Below are positions 56,136-64,000 of a stretch of 64,000 nucleotides of DNA, piece after piece. Under the pieces are notes generated by a model. That model was not told the DNA's origin. It saw nothing but the letters and a program-made list of their open reading frames with translations, and made no database searches. Source of the DNA: Patescibacteria group bacterium. Lineage in GTDB: Bacteria; Patescibacteriota; Patescibacteriia; UBA2591; JAQUPP01. A program made the translations under genes and the position numbers. The stretch is from contig JAQUPP010000001.1 of NCBI GenBank assembly GCA_028716665.1, forward strand, positions 192,467 to 256,466, read 5' to 3'. Within the stretch, counting starts at the first letter, position 1; every line of letters begins with the position of its first letter.

Positions 56136-58561
56136 AAAATCAGAAACAAATTTTATCAAAATTAATGAATCTTGATAATAAACAGGCTGATAAGTATCTG
56201 TCTAATTTTGCTAATGAAATTAAAAAAAGAATCATTTCCAGTAAGGATAATGATAAAATATTTGAAGCAATTGATATTCTTCGTGAGTTTGTTTATAAAG
56301 TTCCAAAGCAGACTATTAAGATAGTTAATCATATCATTCACAATCCGAAAGAGCCGAAATTAATAAAAAATCCAATAAGGTTTTTCTATGGTAAAAGCCA
56401 TTTGGATGTGGTTATAAAAGCATTAGAATTACTTGACCAACTTCGTTATATCTACGCCGATGGTGTTTTACCTATATTAGAAGAAATTATTTTGACTGGG
56501 GGTAAAGATGAAAAAAATAAAGCCATTGAAATTGTAAAACATTTTACAAAGTATGATTTTAATGTTCTTTCTAAATCAAAAATTGGGTATGGAGCACAAA
56601 GGAAAATCCTTGATTACATTTTGGTATGGTCGATTGAAAAACAAATTGAAAATTTTGATTTTATTGAAGTAGCCACACAAGAACTTTTAGGATCGTCAGT
56701 AGAGGGGACGACATCGGGAATAAATAAAGAGTCACAATATACCTTAACAATGCATTTTGGAGTTGTTCAGCCAACTGATTTTTTAAAAAATATTCGCCGT
56801 GAGACGATTAATTTAATATTCAATCTTTATAAAAACGTAACTGACGAACAGAAAAAGATAAGATTAGTAAAAATTCTTGAAGAGGCAGTAAGGACACCGA
56901 TTAATGTAGTTTATAGTGAAAACGTAAGAAAAATGATTATTGATGACGCTCAATATTTATTAACTATTTATAGAGAGATGCTTTTTAAGGACGGTAAATT
57001 AGTTGGTAGTATTCCAGTCGCTGAAGAAATAGAGAAGAGGTTTCATTGGTTTTATAGAAGTGGAAAATTAGATACACTTGAAGCTAGAAAATTAAGGAAA
57101 GATATTTTGACAGATTCTTTCTATTCTATATTTCGTTTATTTGCTGGCGATGATATTGTTTTTCGTGAAGAAGAAGGCCGAGACAAAGCAGAATCAAGGC
57201 GTGGTCAAGCTATTGATACTAAAGTCGCAGAGATTGATGACTCTAATTTAAATAAATGGATTAATACTCTTAATAAAGTTGCAGAACAAATTGGTTTTGT
57301 AGCCGATTGGCAATTTAATCCTTTTAAAATGTTTCTAAGAAAATTAGCCGCAAAAAAACCAGACATAGCCTCAACGATATTTAATGATGCTCTAGATAAT
57401 AATAAACCGATGAAAAATCTTGCTACGCATATTTTAGATGGTTTTCGTGATATTGGTCGTCTTGATTTATGGGATACAACTGTTGAAAAAATAATAGATA
57501 AGCAAGAAATTAATTTAATCAGTGCAATTATATATTCACTTAATATCAATAGAGAAGGATTTGATTTGTCAAAAGAAATTCGGGAACAGGATTTAATATT
57601 ACTTGAAGACATTGTCAGACTAACTGGGAATTTCACTTTTCTCACTAATCAAGAAGGAAATAATTGGACCTTACAGTACGCCATTATTAATGCGCTCACA
57701 AGGAATTTCAAGCGTGATCCTATCCGTATTGAAGCTCTTATACTTGAAATGATTCAAAAATATCAAGAAAAAAAAGACTCTCTTGTTAGAGAATTGGAGT
57801 TCGGGATTATAAGGGGAGGGGTTGATTATAGCGAATTTAGTAAAAAGGGTATTAATCTTTTAAAATCATTACTTGTGGAATTAGATAATTTAGATTGGGA
57901 CGCCCAGCACCTATTATTGAATCTTGGCAAAAAGGATATTCAAATAATCTTCGACATATTTTGGGATAGAATCGAGAAAGGTTCAAAGAAAAGAAAGGGT
58001 AAAAAAATTTTTGCTGAGGTGGAACGTTATCAGGCAATTCCTTACTATTTTAATGATGATTTGAAAAGATATCTTTCTACTTATCCGCAATTTCAGGTTT
58101 TAATTAAGAAATGGCTTAACAAAGTCACTCTTACTTGGTCGCCATATAATTGGAATATCGGTCATTTTCTTAAAAAGATAAACTCATTAACAGTTGTAAT
58201 TAAAAATATGATTGAATGTGGAGATGAAAATAATTTGACCAAGGCTGTGCAATTAATGGATCAATTTGAAGGTGGCAATATAGAATTAAGTATCGAAATA
58301 ATTAAAAAAACTAAAAGTAAGAAAAATATAGGCCATATTGAAGGGATGTTATTTTCCACTGGTGTAGTTTCGGGAGAGGATGGAATCGCACGCGTCCATG
58401 AAGCAAAAGCAGAGACCTTAAAAAAATATTTAAACGACGGGAATAAGCAAGTGAAAAAATTTGCCAAAAAAATGATTAAAAGTCTTAAGGATAGTGCAAA
58501 AAGAGAACGTCAGAGAATCCAAGAAGAGAAGCAGCTACGCAAGGTCGAATTTGAGGGCTAG
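56132..58561 (+). CDS. Large all-alpha (HEAT/ARM-like repeat) hypothetical protein, translationally coupled to the HNH gene
   Basis: 809 aa with no P-loop. Helical repeat composition. A 4-nt overlap with the upstream HNH gene indicates co-translation. Confidence 0.55.
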   Translation: MKNQKQILSKLMNLDNKQADKYLSNFANEIKKRIISSKDNDKIFEAIDILREFVYKVPKQTIKIVNHIIHNPKEPKLIKNPIRFFYGKSHLDVVIKALELLDQLRYIYADGVLPILEEIILTGGKDEKNKAIEIVKHFTKYDFNVLSKSKIGYGAQRKILDYILVWSIEKQIENFDFIEVATQELLGSSVEGTTSGINKESQYTLTMHFGVVQPTDFLKNIRRETINLIFNLYKNVTDEQKKIRLVKILEEAVRTPINVVYSENVRKMIIDDAQYLLTIYREMLFKDGKLVGSIPVAEEIEKRFHWFYRSGKLDTLEARKLRKDILTDSFYSIFRLFAGDDIVFREEEGRDKAESRRGQAIDTKVAEIDDSNLNKWINTLNKVAEQIGFVADWQFNPFKMFLRKLAAKKPDIASTIFNDALDNNKPMKNLATHILDGFRDIGRLDLWDTTVEKIIDKQEINLISAIIYSLNINREGFDLSKEIREQDLILLEDIVRLTGNFTFLTNQEGNNWTLQYAIINALTRNFKRDPIRIEALILEMIQKYQEKKDSLVRELEFGIIRGGVDYSEFSKKGINLLKSLLVELDNLDWDAQHLLLNLGKKDIQIIFDIFWDRIEKGSKKRKGKKIFAEVERYQAIPYYFNDDLKRYLSTYPQFQVLIKKWLNKVTLTWSPYNWNIGHFLKKINSLTVVIKNMIECGDENNLTKAVQLMDQFEGGNIELSIEIIKKTKSKKNIGHIEGMLFSTGVVSGEDGIARVHEAKAETLKKYLNDGNKQVKKFAKKMIKSLKDSAKRERQRIQEEKQLRKVEFEG

Positions 58562-58946
58562 TATTAAGCGATAGTTGATAGTTTATATCAAATTTAAATC
58601 TCTACCGAGAAAATCTCAAAAAGTTGATGCTATCTTGATAGTCATCAATCTTAAATTATTTTATTTTCTCAATCAGAGGATTAATATATTTCCTACGAGG
58701 GCGAATAGTGGCTAAATAACTGTTTTTGCCTTATAATAAAGACTTTTAGAGCATTATCATTATTTTCCTGTGATGTCGCCTTTAATATCAGTGCTAACCA
58801 TTAAAAAACTTTATATTTAATACACGACATCGCTATCGCCTAAAATTTTATAATTTTAAAAAAATTTCTAGCACAGGGACTGTATTCTTACCGACCAAAA
58901 CAATTTTTTAGGGGAATACCCCCCCTAGGAAATTTGATTAAAATAT

Positions 58947-59621
58947 ATGAGAAAAGAAATTAAAAAACATAGTGATAAAAATGCTTTCAGAGGTATGAAT
59001 AGATATTTTAATGCGGACCTTGTTGTTGATTCAAATTCATGGGAAGAGTTATTTGAAAATTTAGAAAGATATAAAATTTCATCAAATTTTAAAAATCAAT
59101 CATTTAACGAATACAAATTATTTAATTTAACCATTAAAATAGAATATAAATTAACCATGATACTTGAATTATTTTTAAAAGAGGGAAAATTGGTAAGGTC
59201 AGAAGCGTATAAACATATTTTGGAAACATGCAAAAAATATAGAAGATTGATCACTAAAAAAGAAACTGAGAAACTCTTAAAAAGAGAAATGAAAAATGAT
59301 GATTCAAATCTTTTTAGTCCCCATGTACTATTTTATATCGCTGGATGTGGCCTGGGGGATATTCTCCATATTTTTGAGAATTGCACGGATAATTTTTCAG
59401 ATAAAGATAAAATTGTAAAACAATTAAGAGGCTTTAAAGATAAAAGGAATGATTTTACTCATAATTTGTTATCTAGCAGGATTAATTCATTTAAGCTCTT
59501 ATCAAGAGCATTATTGGTTGGTCAAAAATTATATAATACTTTCGACCAGATGATTGAATCGCATTTTATTCGGGATAGTATTGTTGGTAACAGAATGATT
59601 TACAAATTGAAACTAAATTAA
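58947..59621 (+). CDS. HEPN-domain Abi-like (Abi_2/AbiD-F type) protein
   Basis: RNDFTHN fits the HEPN R-x4-H motif within a helical ~220-aa protein, typical of abortive-infection HEPN proteins. It lies in the island. Confidence 0.45.
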   Translation: MRKEIKKHSDKNAFRGMNRYFNADLVVDSNSWEELFENLERYKISSNFKNQSFNEYKLFNLTIKIEYKLTMILELFLKEGKLVRSEAYKHILETCKKYRRLITKKETEKLLKREMKNDDSNLFSPHVLFYIAGCGLGDILHIFENCTDNFSDKDKIVKQLRGFKDKRNDFTHNLLSSRINSFKLLSRALLVGQKLYNTFDQMIESHFIRDSIVGNRMIYKLKLN

Positions 59622-59878
59622 AACTTTAGACAAGATTTATAATGAATTTAAAATGAGATAAAAATTATTTAATTACTGATTCAAATAACATACAGTAGTA
59701 TATATGTTTATTCTTAGAAAAACATAATTTATTACTAGCCCCATTTTTACTCATTGACACTTGCGAAATTCTCTTTATAATTAGCTATAATATTGCTCCA
59801 CAACTTTAAGGTTTCAATCAATTGATTCCAATTTTGAAGCGTCTGGGGTACCAAATTTAAAATATAAATTGAATCAAT

Positions 59879-60538
59879 ATGATAAGCATTAAAGAAATCA
59901 AAAATAATTCTTATGTCCAGGAATTTATTTATCAAACAGAAATTACTTTGGAAGCTTTAGAATATACCGAGCATGCTTTTCGTCATGCTAATCTAGTCTC
60001 TCAGAGATCAGAGGAAATAGCCAAAAAAATCGGGTTAAGTAAAAAAGAACAAGATATAGCGGCTATTGCCGGATTCTGCCATGATATGGGCAATTTTTTG
60101 GGTCGTCAACAACACCATTATTGGAGCGCCCTTCTTTTTAATCAACTTTTTCAAAAAGATTTTTCTCCCCAAGAATTAGCTTATATTTTACAAGCGATGG
60201 TCAATCATGACAAACAAACAATGAAAATAGTAAATAAAATTTCCGCAATTCTTATCTTGGCCGATAAATCAGATGTTCATCGTTCCAGAGTAACGGTTAA
60301 TGTTAAAAGCGCGAAAGCGGATATCCATGACAGAGTTAATTATGCAACAACCAAATCAGTTCATAAAATTGATCCTAAGAAAAAAAGAATTACCTTAGTT
60401 TTGAAAATTGACACTAAATTTTGTTCAATTATGGAGTATTTTGAAATTTTTACCGAAAGAATGACTTATTGCCGCGAGGCGGCCAATTATTTGGGCTATA
60501 AATTCGGCTTGATTATTAATAATTTTAAACTGCTTTAA
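59879..60538 (+). CDS. HD-domain phosphohydrolase
   Basis: H..H...GFCHDMG is an HD motif. Confidence 0.55.
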   Translation: MISIKEIKNNSYVQEFIYQTEITLEALEYTEHAFRHANLVSQRSEEIAKKIGLSKKEQDIAAIAGFCHDMGNFLGRQQHHYWSALLFNQLFQKDFSPQELAYILQAMVNHDKQTMKIVNKISAILILADKSDVHRSRVTVNVKSAKADIHDRVNYATTKSVHKIDPKKKRITLVLKIDTKFCSIMEYFEIFTERMTYCREAANYLGYKFGLIINNFKLL

Positions 60539-60539
60539 T

Positions 60540-61091
60540 ATGGTTCGCGAAGAAGCGTTTAAATTGGTTGAAGAAAAAATAAAAACGCCGAATTTGATAA
60601 AACACTGTTTAGCCGTGGAGGTGGTGATGAAAAATTTGGCGAAATATTTTTTCGAAAATGAAGAAAAATGGGCTCTAGCCGGACTTTTGCACGATATTGA
60701 TTACGAAGAAACCAAAACAGACCCTGTAAATCACAGTTTGATTGGAGCGAAATTTTTAGCCGAGAAAGGTATTGAATTGGAAATCATTGAAGCAATAAAA
60801 GCGCATAATGTCATGCACGGACTGCCGCGCCAAAGCCGAATGGCTAAGGCGCTATTTTGTTCCGACCCGATAACAGGTTTGATTGTTGCTTCAACTTTGG
60901 TTTTGCCAAATAAAAAAATATCAGATTTAACCGTAGAAAATATTTTAAATCGTTATAAAGAAAAAGGATTTGCCAAAGGAGCAAATCGAGAACATATTGC
61001 TGCCTGCGATGATTTGAATTTGTCGCAGGAAGAATTTTTTAAAATCAGTTTAGAGGCGATGCAGGGCGCGGCTCAAGAAATAGGATTGTAA
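60540..61091 (+). CDS. HD-domain protein
   Basis: HCLAVE...GLLHDID. It starts 2 nt after the previous gene. Confidence 0.6.
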   Translation: MVREEAFKLVEEKIKTPNLIKHCLAVEVVMKNLAKYFFENEEKWALAGLLHDIDYEETKTDPVNHSLIGAKFLAEKGIELEIIEAIKAHNVMHGLPRQSRMAKALFCSDPITGLIVASTLVLPNKKISDLTVENILNRYKEKGFAKGANREHIAACDDLNLSQEEFFKISLEAMQGAAQEIGL

Positions 61092-61092
61092 T

Positions 61093-61653
61093 ATGATTTT
61101 ATCAACAACGGAAAAAAATATTAAAAAAGCGCGGAAGATTTTAAAAAATGGCGAAGTGATTATTTATCCGACTGATACGCTTTACGGTTTGGGAGCTGAT
61201 ATTTTCAATCAAGAAGCGATTAAAAAAGTTTTTATTCTGAAAGGAAGAAATTTTCAACAGCCGATTTCAGTCATGGTCTCAAGTGTTGGAGATATTAAAA
61301 AAATAGCTCTGGTTAATAAAAATCAAGAACGTTTTATTCAAGCTCTTTTACCCGGACCGTTTACTGTTATTTTAAAAAAGAAAAAAAATATAAATAAGAT
61401 TTTGACCGGCGGAAAGAATACGATCGGCATTCGCATACCGGACTCAAAAATTTGCCAAAAACTTTCTTACAAAATGCCAATAACCGCTACCAGCGCCAAT
61501 ATTTCAGGCCAAAAACAGACCCTGGATGTTAAAAAATTAGCGAATATTTTTGGTGATAAAAAAGTAGAATTGATTTTAAAAGGAAAAAATTTAAGCAATA
61601 AGGCTTCAACAATTATTGATTTGACTGTCAGTCCGCCTAAAATTATAAGATAA
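61093..61653 (+). CDS. tsaC: Threonylcarbamoyl-AMP synthase TsaC (YrdC/Sua5 family)
   Basis: IIYPTDTLYGLGADIF...QPISVMV matches the YrdC fold signature. Length is 186 aa. Confidence 0.8.
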   Translation: MILSTTEKNIKKARKILKNGEVIIYPTDTLYGLGADIFNQEAIKKVFILKGRNFQQPISVMVSSVGDIKKIALVNKNQERFIQALLPGPFTVILKKKKNINKILTGGKNTIGIRIPDSKICQKLSYKMPITATSANISGQKQTLDVKKLANIFGDKKVELILKGKNLSNKASTIIDLTVSPPKIIR

Positions 61654-61661
61654 AAATTTTT

Positions 61662-62837
61662 ATGAATTTAAAAAAACTAAAATTTATACCGGATTTCTCG
61701 CCAAGAAATCTGAGGTTAATTCTAGTTTTTGTTATTTTTATCGGACTTTTGAGTTTTTTATTGGTTTTTTCAAAAAAGGCAGAAATGGATATTAAAAAAT
61801 TAGAACAAGGAATGGGACTTGAAATAAAGCGAATAGGTCATCGAGGTCCTGTTCTCACAAAAGGCATTTATGTTTCCGGCTGGACAGCCAGTGAACCGAA
61901 AATGATGGAAGAATTGATAAATTTGGTTGATCGAACGGAACTAAACGCTATTGTCATAGATATTAAAGATTCAAGCGGAAAAATAACTTATAACAGTAAA
62001 ATTCCTCAAGTTGAAAAATTAGGAACCAAAGAAATAAAAATTAGAGATTTAGGTGGTTTGATCAGAAAACTTCATTTTTATAAAATTTATGTTATTGCCA
62101 GAATTCCTATTTTTCAAGATCCAATTTTGGCTCAAAAAAATCCGGCCTTGGCTTTAAAAAATGGGCAAGGGCAAATTTGGAAAGATAATAAAGGTTTGTC
62201 ATGGGTTGATCCGGCCTCGGAAGAAGTTTGGGCTTATAACATAGAACTGGCCAAAGAAGTATTTGCGCAGGGCTTTGACGAAGTTAATTTTGATTATGTT
62301 CGTTTTCCTTCCGACGGTAAAATTACAAACATTGTTTATCCTTTTTGGGATAATAAAACTCCCAAAAATGAAGTTATTAAAAAGTTTTTCGAATATCAAA
62401 ATAAAGAATTGGTAAATTTAGGGCCAACCTCGGTTGATCTTTTCGGTATGACTTTTTGGCACACCACGGATGATAGTGATATGAATATCGGTCAAAGATT
62501 GGAGGATGCGTTGCCGTATTTTGATTTTATATGCCCGATGCTTTACCCGTCTCATTTTCCAAATAATTTTAACGGATTTAAAAATCCGGCTGAATATCCT
62601 TATGAAATAATTTCTCAAAGTTTGAAATCAGCTGAACCGCTTTTTATGGATTCCGAAGGCAAGAGAATTGTCAAACCGAAAGTCAGGCCGTGGATTCAAG
62701 CTTTTGATATCGGCGCCAAATATACGCCGGATATGATTTTAAAACAAAAACAAGCCGTGACTGACGGTGAAGGTTATGGCTGGCTTTTATGGAATGCCTC
62801 CAATAATTATTCTAAAATTGAATCGGCTTTAAAATAA
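61662..62837 (+). CDS. Putative glycoside-hydrolase-like TIM-barrel protein (DUF4015/GHL-like), membrane anchored
   Basis: An N-terminal TM segment is present. The pattern GIYVSGWTA...NAIVIDIKDSSG...EVNFDYVRFP is typical of the COG1306 family. Confidence 0.5.
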   Translation: MNLKKLKFIPDFSPRNLRLILVFVIFIGLLSFLLVFSKKAEMDIKKLEQGMGLEIKRIGHRGPVLTKGIYVSGWTASEPKMMEELINLVDRTELNAIVIDIKDSSGKITYNSKIPQVEKLGTKEIKIRDLGGLIRKLHFYKIYVIARIPIFQDPILAQKNPALALKNGQGQIWKDNKGLSWVDPASEEVWAYNIELAKEVFAQGFDEVNFDYVRFPSDGKITNIVYPFWDNKTPKNEVIKKFFEYQNKELVNLGPTSVDLFGMTFWHTTDDSDMNIGQRLEDALPYFDFICPMLYPSHFPNNFNGFKNPAEYPYEIISQSLKSAEPLFMDSEGKRIVKPKVRPWIQAFDIGAKYTPDMILKQKQAVTDGEGYGWLLWNASNNYSKIESALK

Positions 62838-62844
62838 ATATAAT

Positions 62845-63186
62845 ATGAAACAAAGAATTGAAAAAATCAATGAATTGATAAAACGAGAAATGAGTCAAAT
62901 CATAGTTCGGGAAATTGAAGCGCCGGACGGATCTTTAATTACCATCACCAGAGTGGAAACATCCGAGGATTTAAGTGACGCGAAAATATTAATCAGCATC
63001 TTTCCTTTTAATCATAGCAAGAAAGTACTTTTTATATTATTGAAAAGGATTGGCGAGATACAGGGTTTTTTAAATCGTCGTTTGGCAATGCGCCCTTTGC
63101 CGAGAATAAGATTTGTCATAGATGAAACAGAAGAAAAAGCCAGCCAAATTGAACATGTTTTGAATAAAATCAAAAAAGAATCCTAA
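62845..63186 (+). CDS. rbfA: Ribosome-binding factor A
   Basis: QRIEKINELIKREMSQII...ITITRVETSEDLSDAKI is RbfA-like. Length is 113 aa. Confidence 0.8.
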   Translation: MKQRIEKINELIKREMSQIIVREIEAPDGSLITITRVETSEDLSDAKILISIFPFNHSKKVLFILLKRIGEIQGFLNRRLAMRPLPRIRFVIDETEEKASQIEHVLNKIKKES

Positions 63187-63584
63187 ACTATAAATAGTTA
63201 TCCACATTTAATTTAAATTGACAATTTGGATTGGATGTGTTATGTTGTTTACAGTTAGTGAAATCTTAAGCATTTATTGCTTTTGACTTTAAAATGTCAG
63301 TTGAAGAACGTTTTATCGGTTTTCAAAGAAAAAAATAGGTGAATTCAATTCAATCAGTTGATTTCTGAAATTAAATCTATAATTAAATTATTATAATATA
63401 TTTTAGCCTGAAATAACAATTTTTGCCTCTCAACTTCTCTTATTAAGAGGGTTTGGAAAATATTTTAAAATTAAATTTTCTTAAAATAAAAAGGGCAGAA
63501 AGTCACAAAAGGCGAGTATTATCTAATTTTTTTCTTTGAAAACCGAGTATAACACTGGGTTTTTTATTTATTTAATTTAAAATT

Positions 63585-64000
63585 ATGATTTATTTGATGA
63601 TTATTTTTGTTCTTGCTTTTGGAGTTTTTGTCGGTTATTTATTGCGTCGGCAAATCGGTCAATATCAAGTTGACTCCGCCGAAGCCAAGGCGAAAAATAT
63701 TTTAGCCAAGGCTAAAACAAGAGAGCAGGAAATGTTTTTCAAGGCCAAAGAAGAAAGTTTGGAAATTCTTGAAAGAGCCAAAAAAGAAGAATTGGTTTGG
63801 CGTCAAGAATTGAAAATAGCGGAAGAAAGATTGGAAAAAAGACAATCTGTTTTTGAAAAGAAAATTTTAGAAATAGAAGACCAACATAAAGAAATTGCCA
63901 AAACCACTCAAAAACTTGAAGAAGCAAAAATTAAAATTCGTACTCTTTATGATCAGGCAAAACAAGAATTGGAAAGAGTTGCAGGATTAAGCATTGATGA
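63585..64000 (+). CDS. rny: Ribonuclease Y N-terminal region (3'-partial; runs off the window)
   Basis: My translation is MIYLMIIFVLAFGVFVGYLLRRQIG followed by a long coiled coil (AKAK..EQE..LERAKKE), the typical RNase Y start. It is not in the ORF track because it has no stop. Confidence 0.45.
   Translation, partial: MIYLMIIFVLAFGVFVGYLLRRQIGQYQVDSAEAKAKNILAKAKTREQEMFFKAKEESLEILERAKKEELVWRQELKIAEERLEKRQSVFEKKILEIEDQHKEIAKTTQKLEEAKIKIRTLYDQAKQELERVAGLSID

Larger units (their letters stand above)
49200..59700. mobile_element. Putative integrated element (genomic island) at the tRNA-Glu 3' end, with an approximate right boundary
   Basis: The serine recombinase abuts and overlaps the tRNA. Cargo genes are all hypothetical and include HNH and HEPN/Abi-like genes. 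Intergenic spacers inside are unusually long. Core genes (HD proteins, tsaC, rbfA) resume after ~59.8 kb. Confidence 0.4.

Noticed and set aside
62199-62618. Minus-strand ORFs inside the GHL-like gene
   Set aside because: They are antisense within a coherent 391-aa ORF.
1-64000. CRISPR arrays and rRNA genes
   Set aside because: No regularly spaced short direct repeats were found. The PaaX/Cas2-like C-terminus of the 35189 gene has no adjacent array. No rRNA-like conserved blocks were found.

Overview
This is a low-GC window with small, tightly packed genes, consistent with a CPR/Parcubacteria-like bacterium using the standard genetic code. Several housekeeping enzymes have reduced domain architectures: short AlaRS, ValRS and ProRS, and a 753-aa SMC. 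The core gene set comprises recG, alaS, typA, holB, frr, rseP, proS, mreB, smc, rnc, nusB, rpmF, dnaA, pilB/gspE, valS, tsaE, tsaD, tsaC, rbfA, a partial rny and four tRNAs. Many promoters follow the pattern GGGG-TTGACA-N17-TAAAT. The notable regions are listed below.
- A GxxExxY (PD-(D/E)XK) domain is inserted in frame into the RecG helicase core between motifs II and III.
- Two small GIY-YIG endonuclease genes sit immediately upstream of tRNA genes and are flanked by duplicated tRNA 5'-fragments plus hairpins, which looks like a tRNA-targeting mobile element family. A possible single-motif LAGLIDADG protein lies in the same tRNA cluster.
- A roughly 10.5-kb island starts at tRNA-Glu. The 3' end of a large serine recombinase gene is read out of the tRNA itself. 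The island also carries a translationally coupled HNH-nuclease plus 809-aa all-alpha protein pair and a HEPN (Rx4H) Abi-like gene. This pair is the best candidate for an undescribed defense-like system, but that is inference from domain content only.
- Other items are a conserved 5'-leader hairpin shared by two genes, a ~130-bp 3' direct repeat pair, several ~20-bp inverted repeats with ~85-bp spacers, a candidate structured RNA inside the island, and a 7-nt x4 coding microsatellite in an O-antigen-ligase-like gene.
No CRISPR array and no rRNA were seen.
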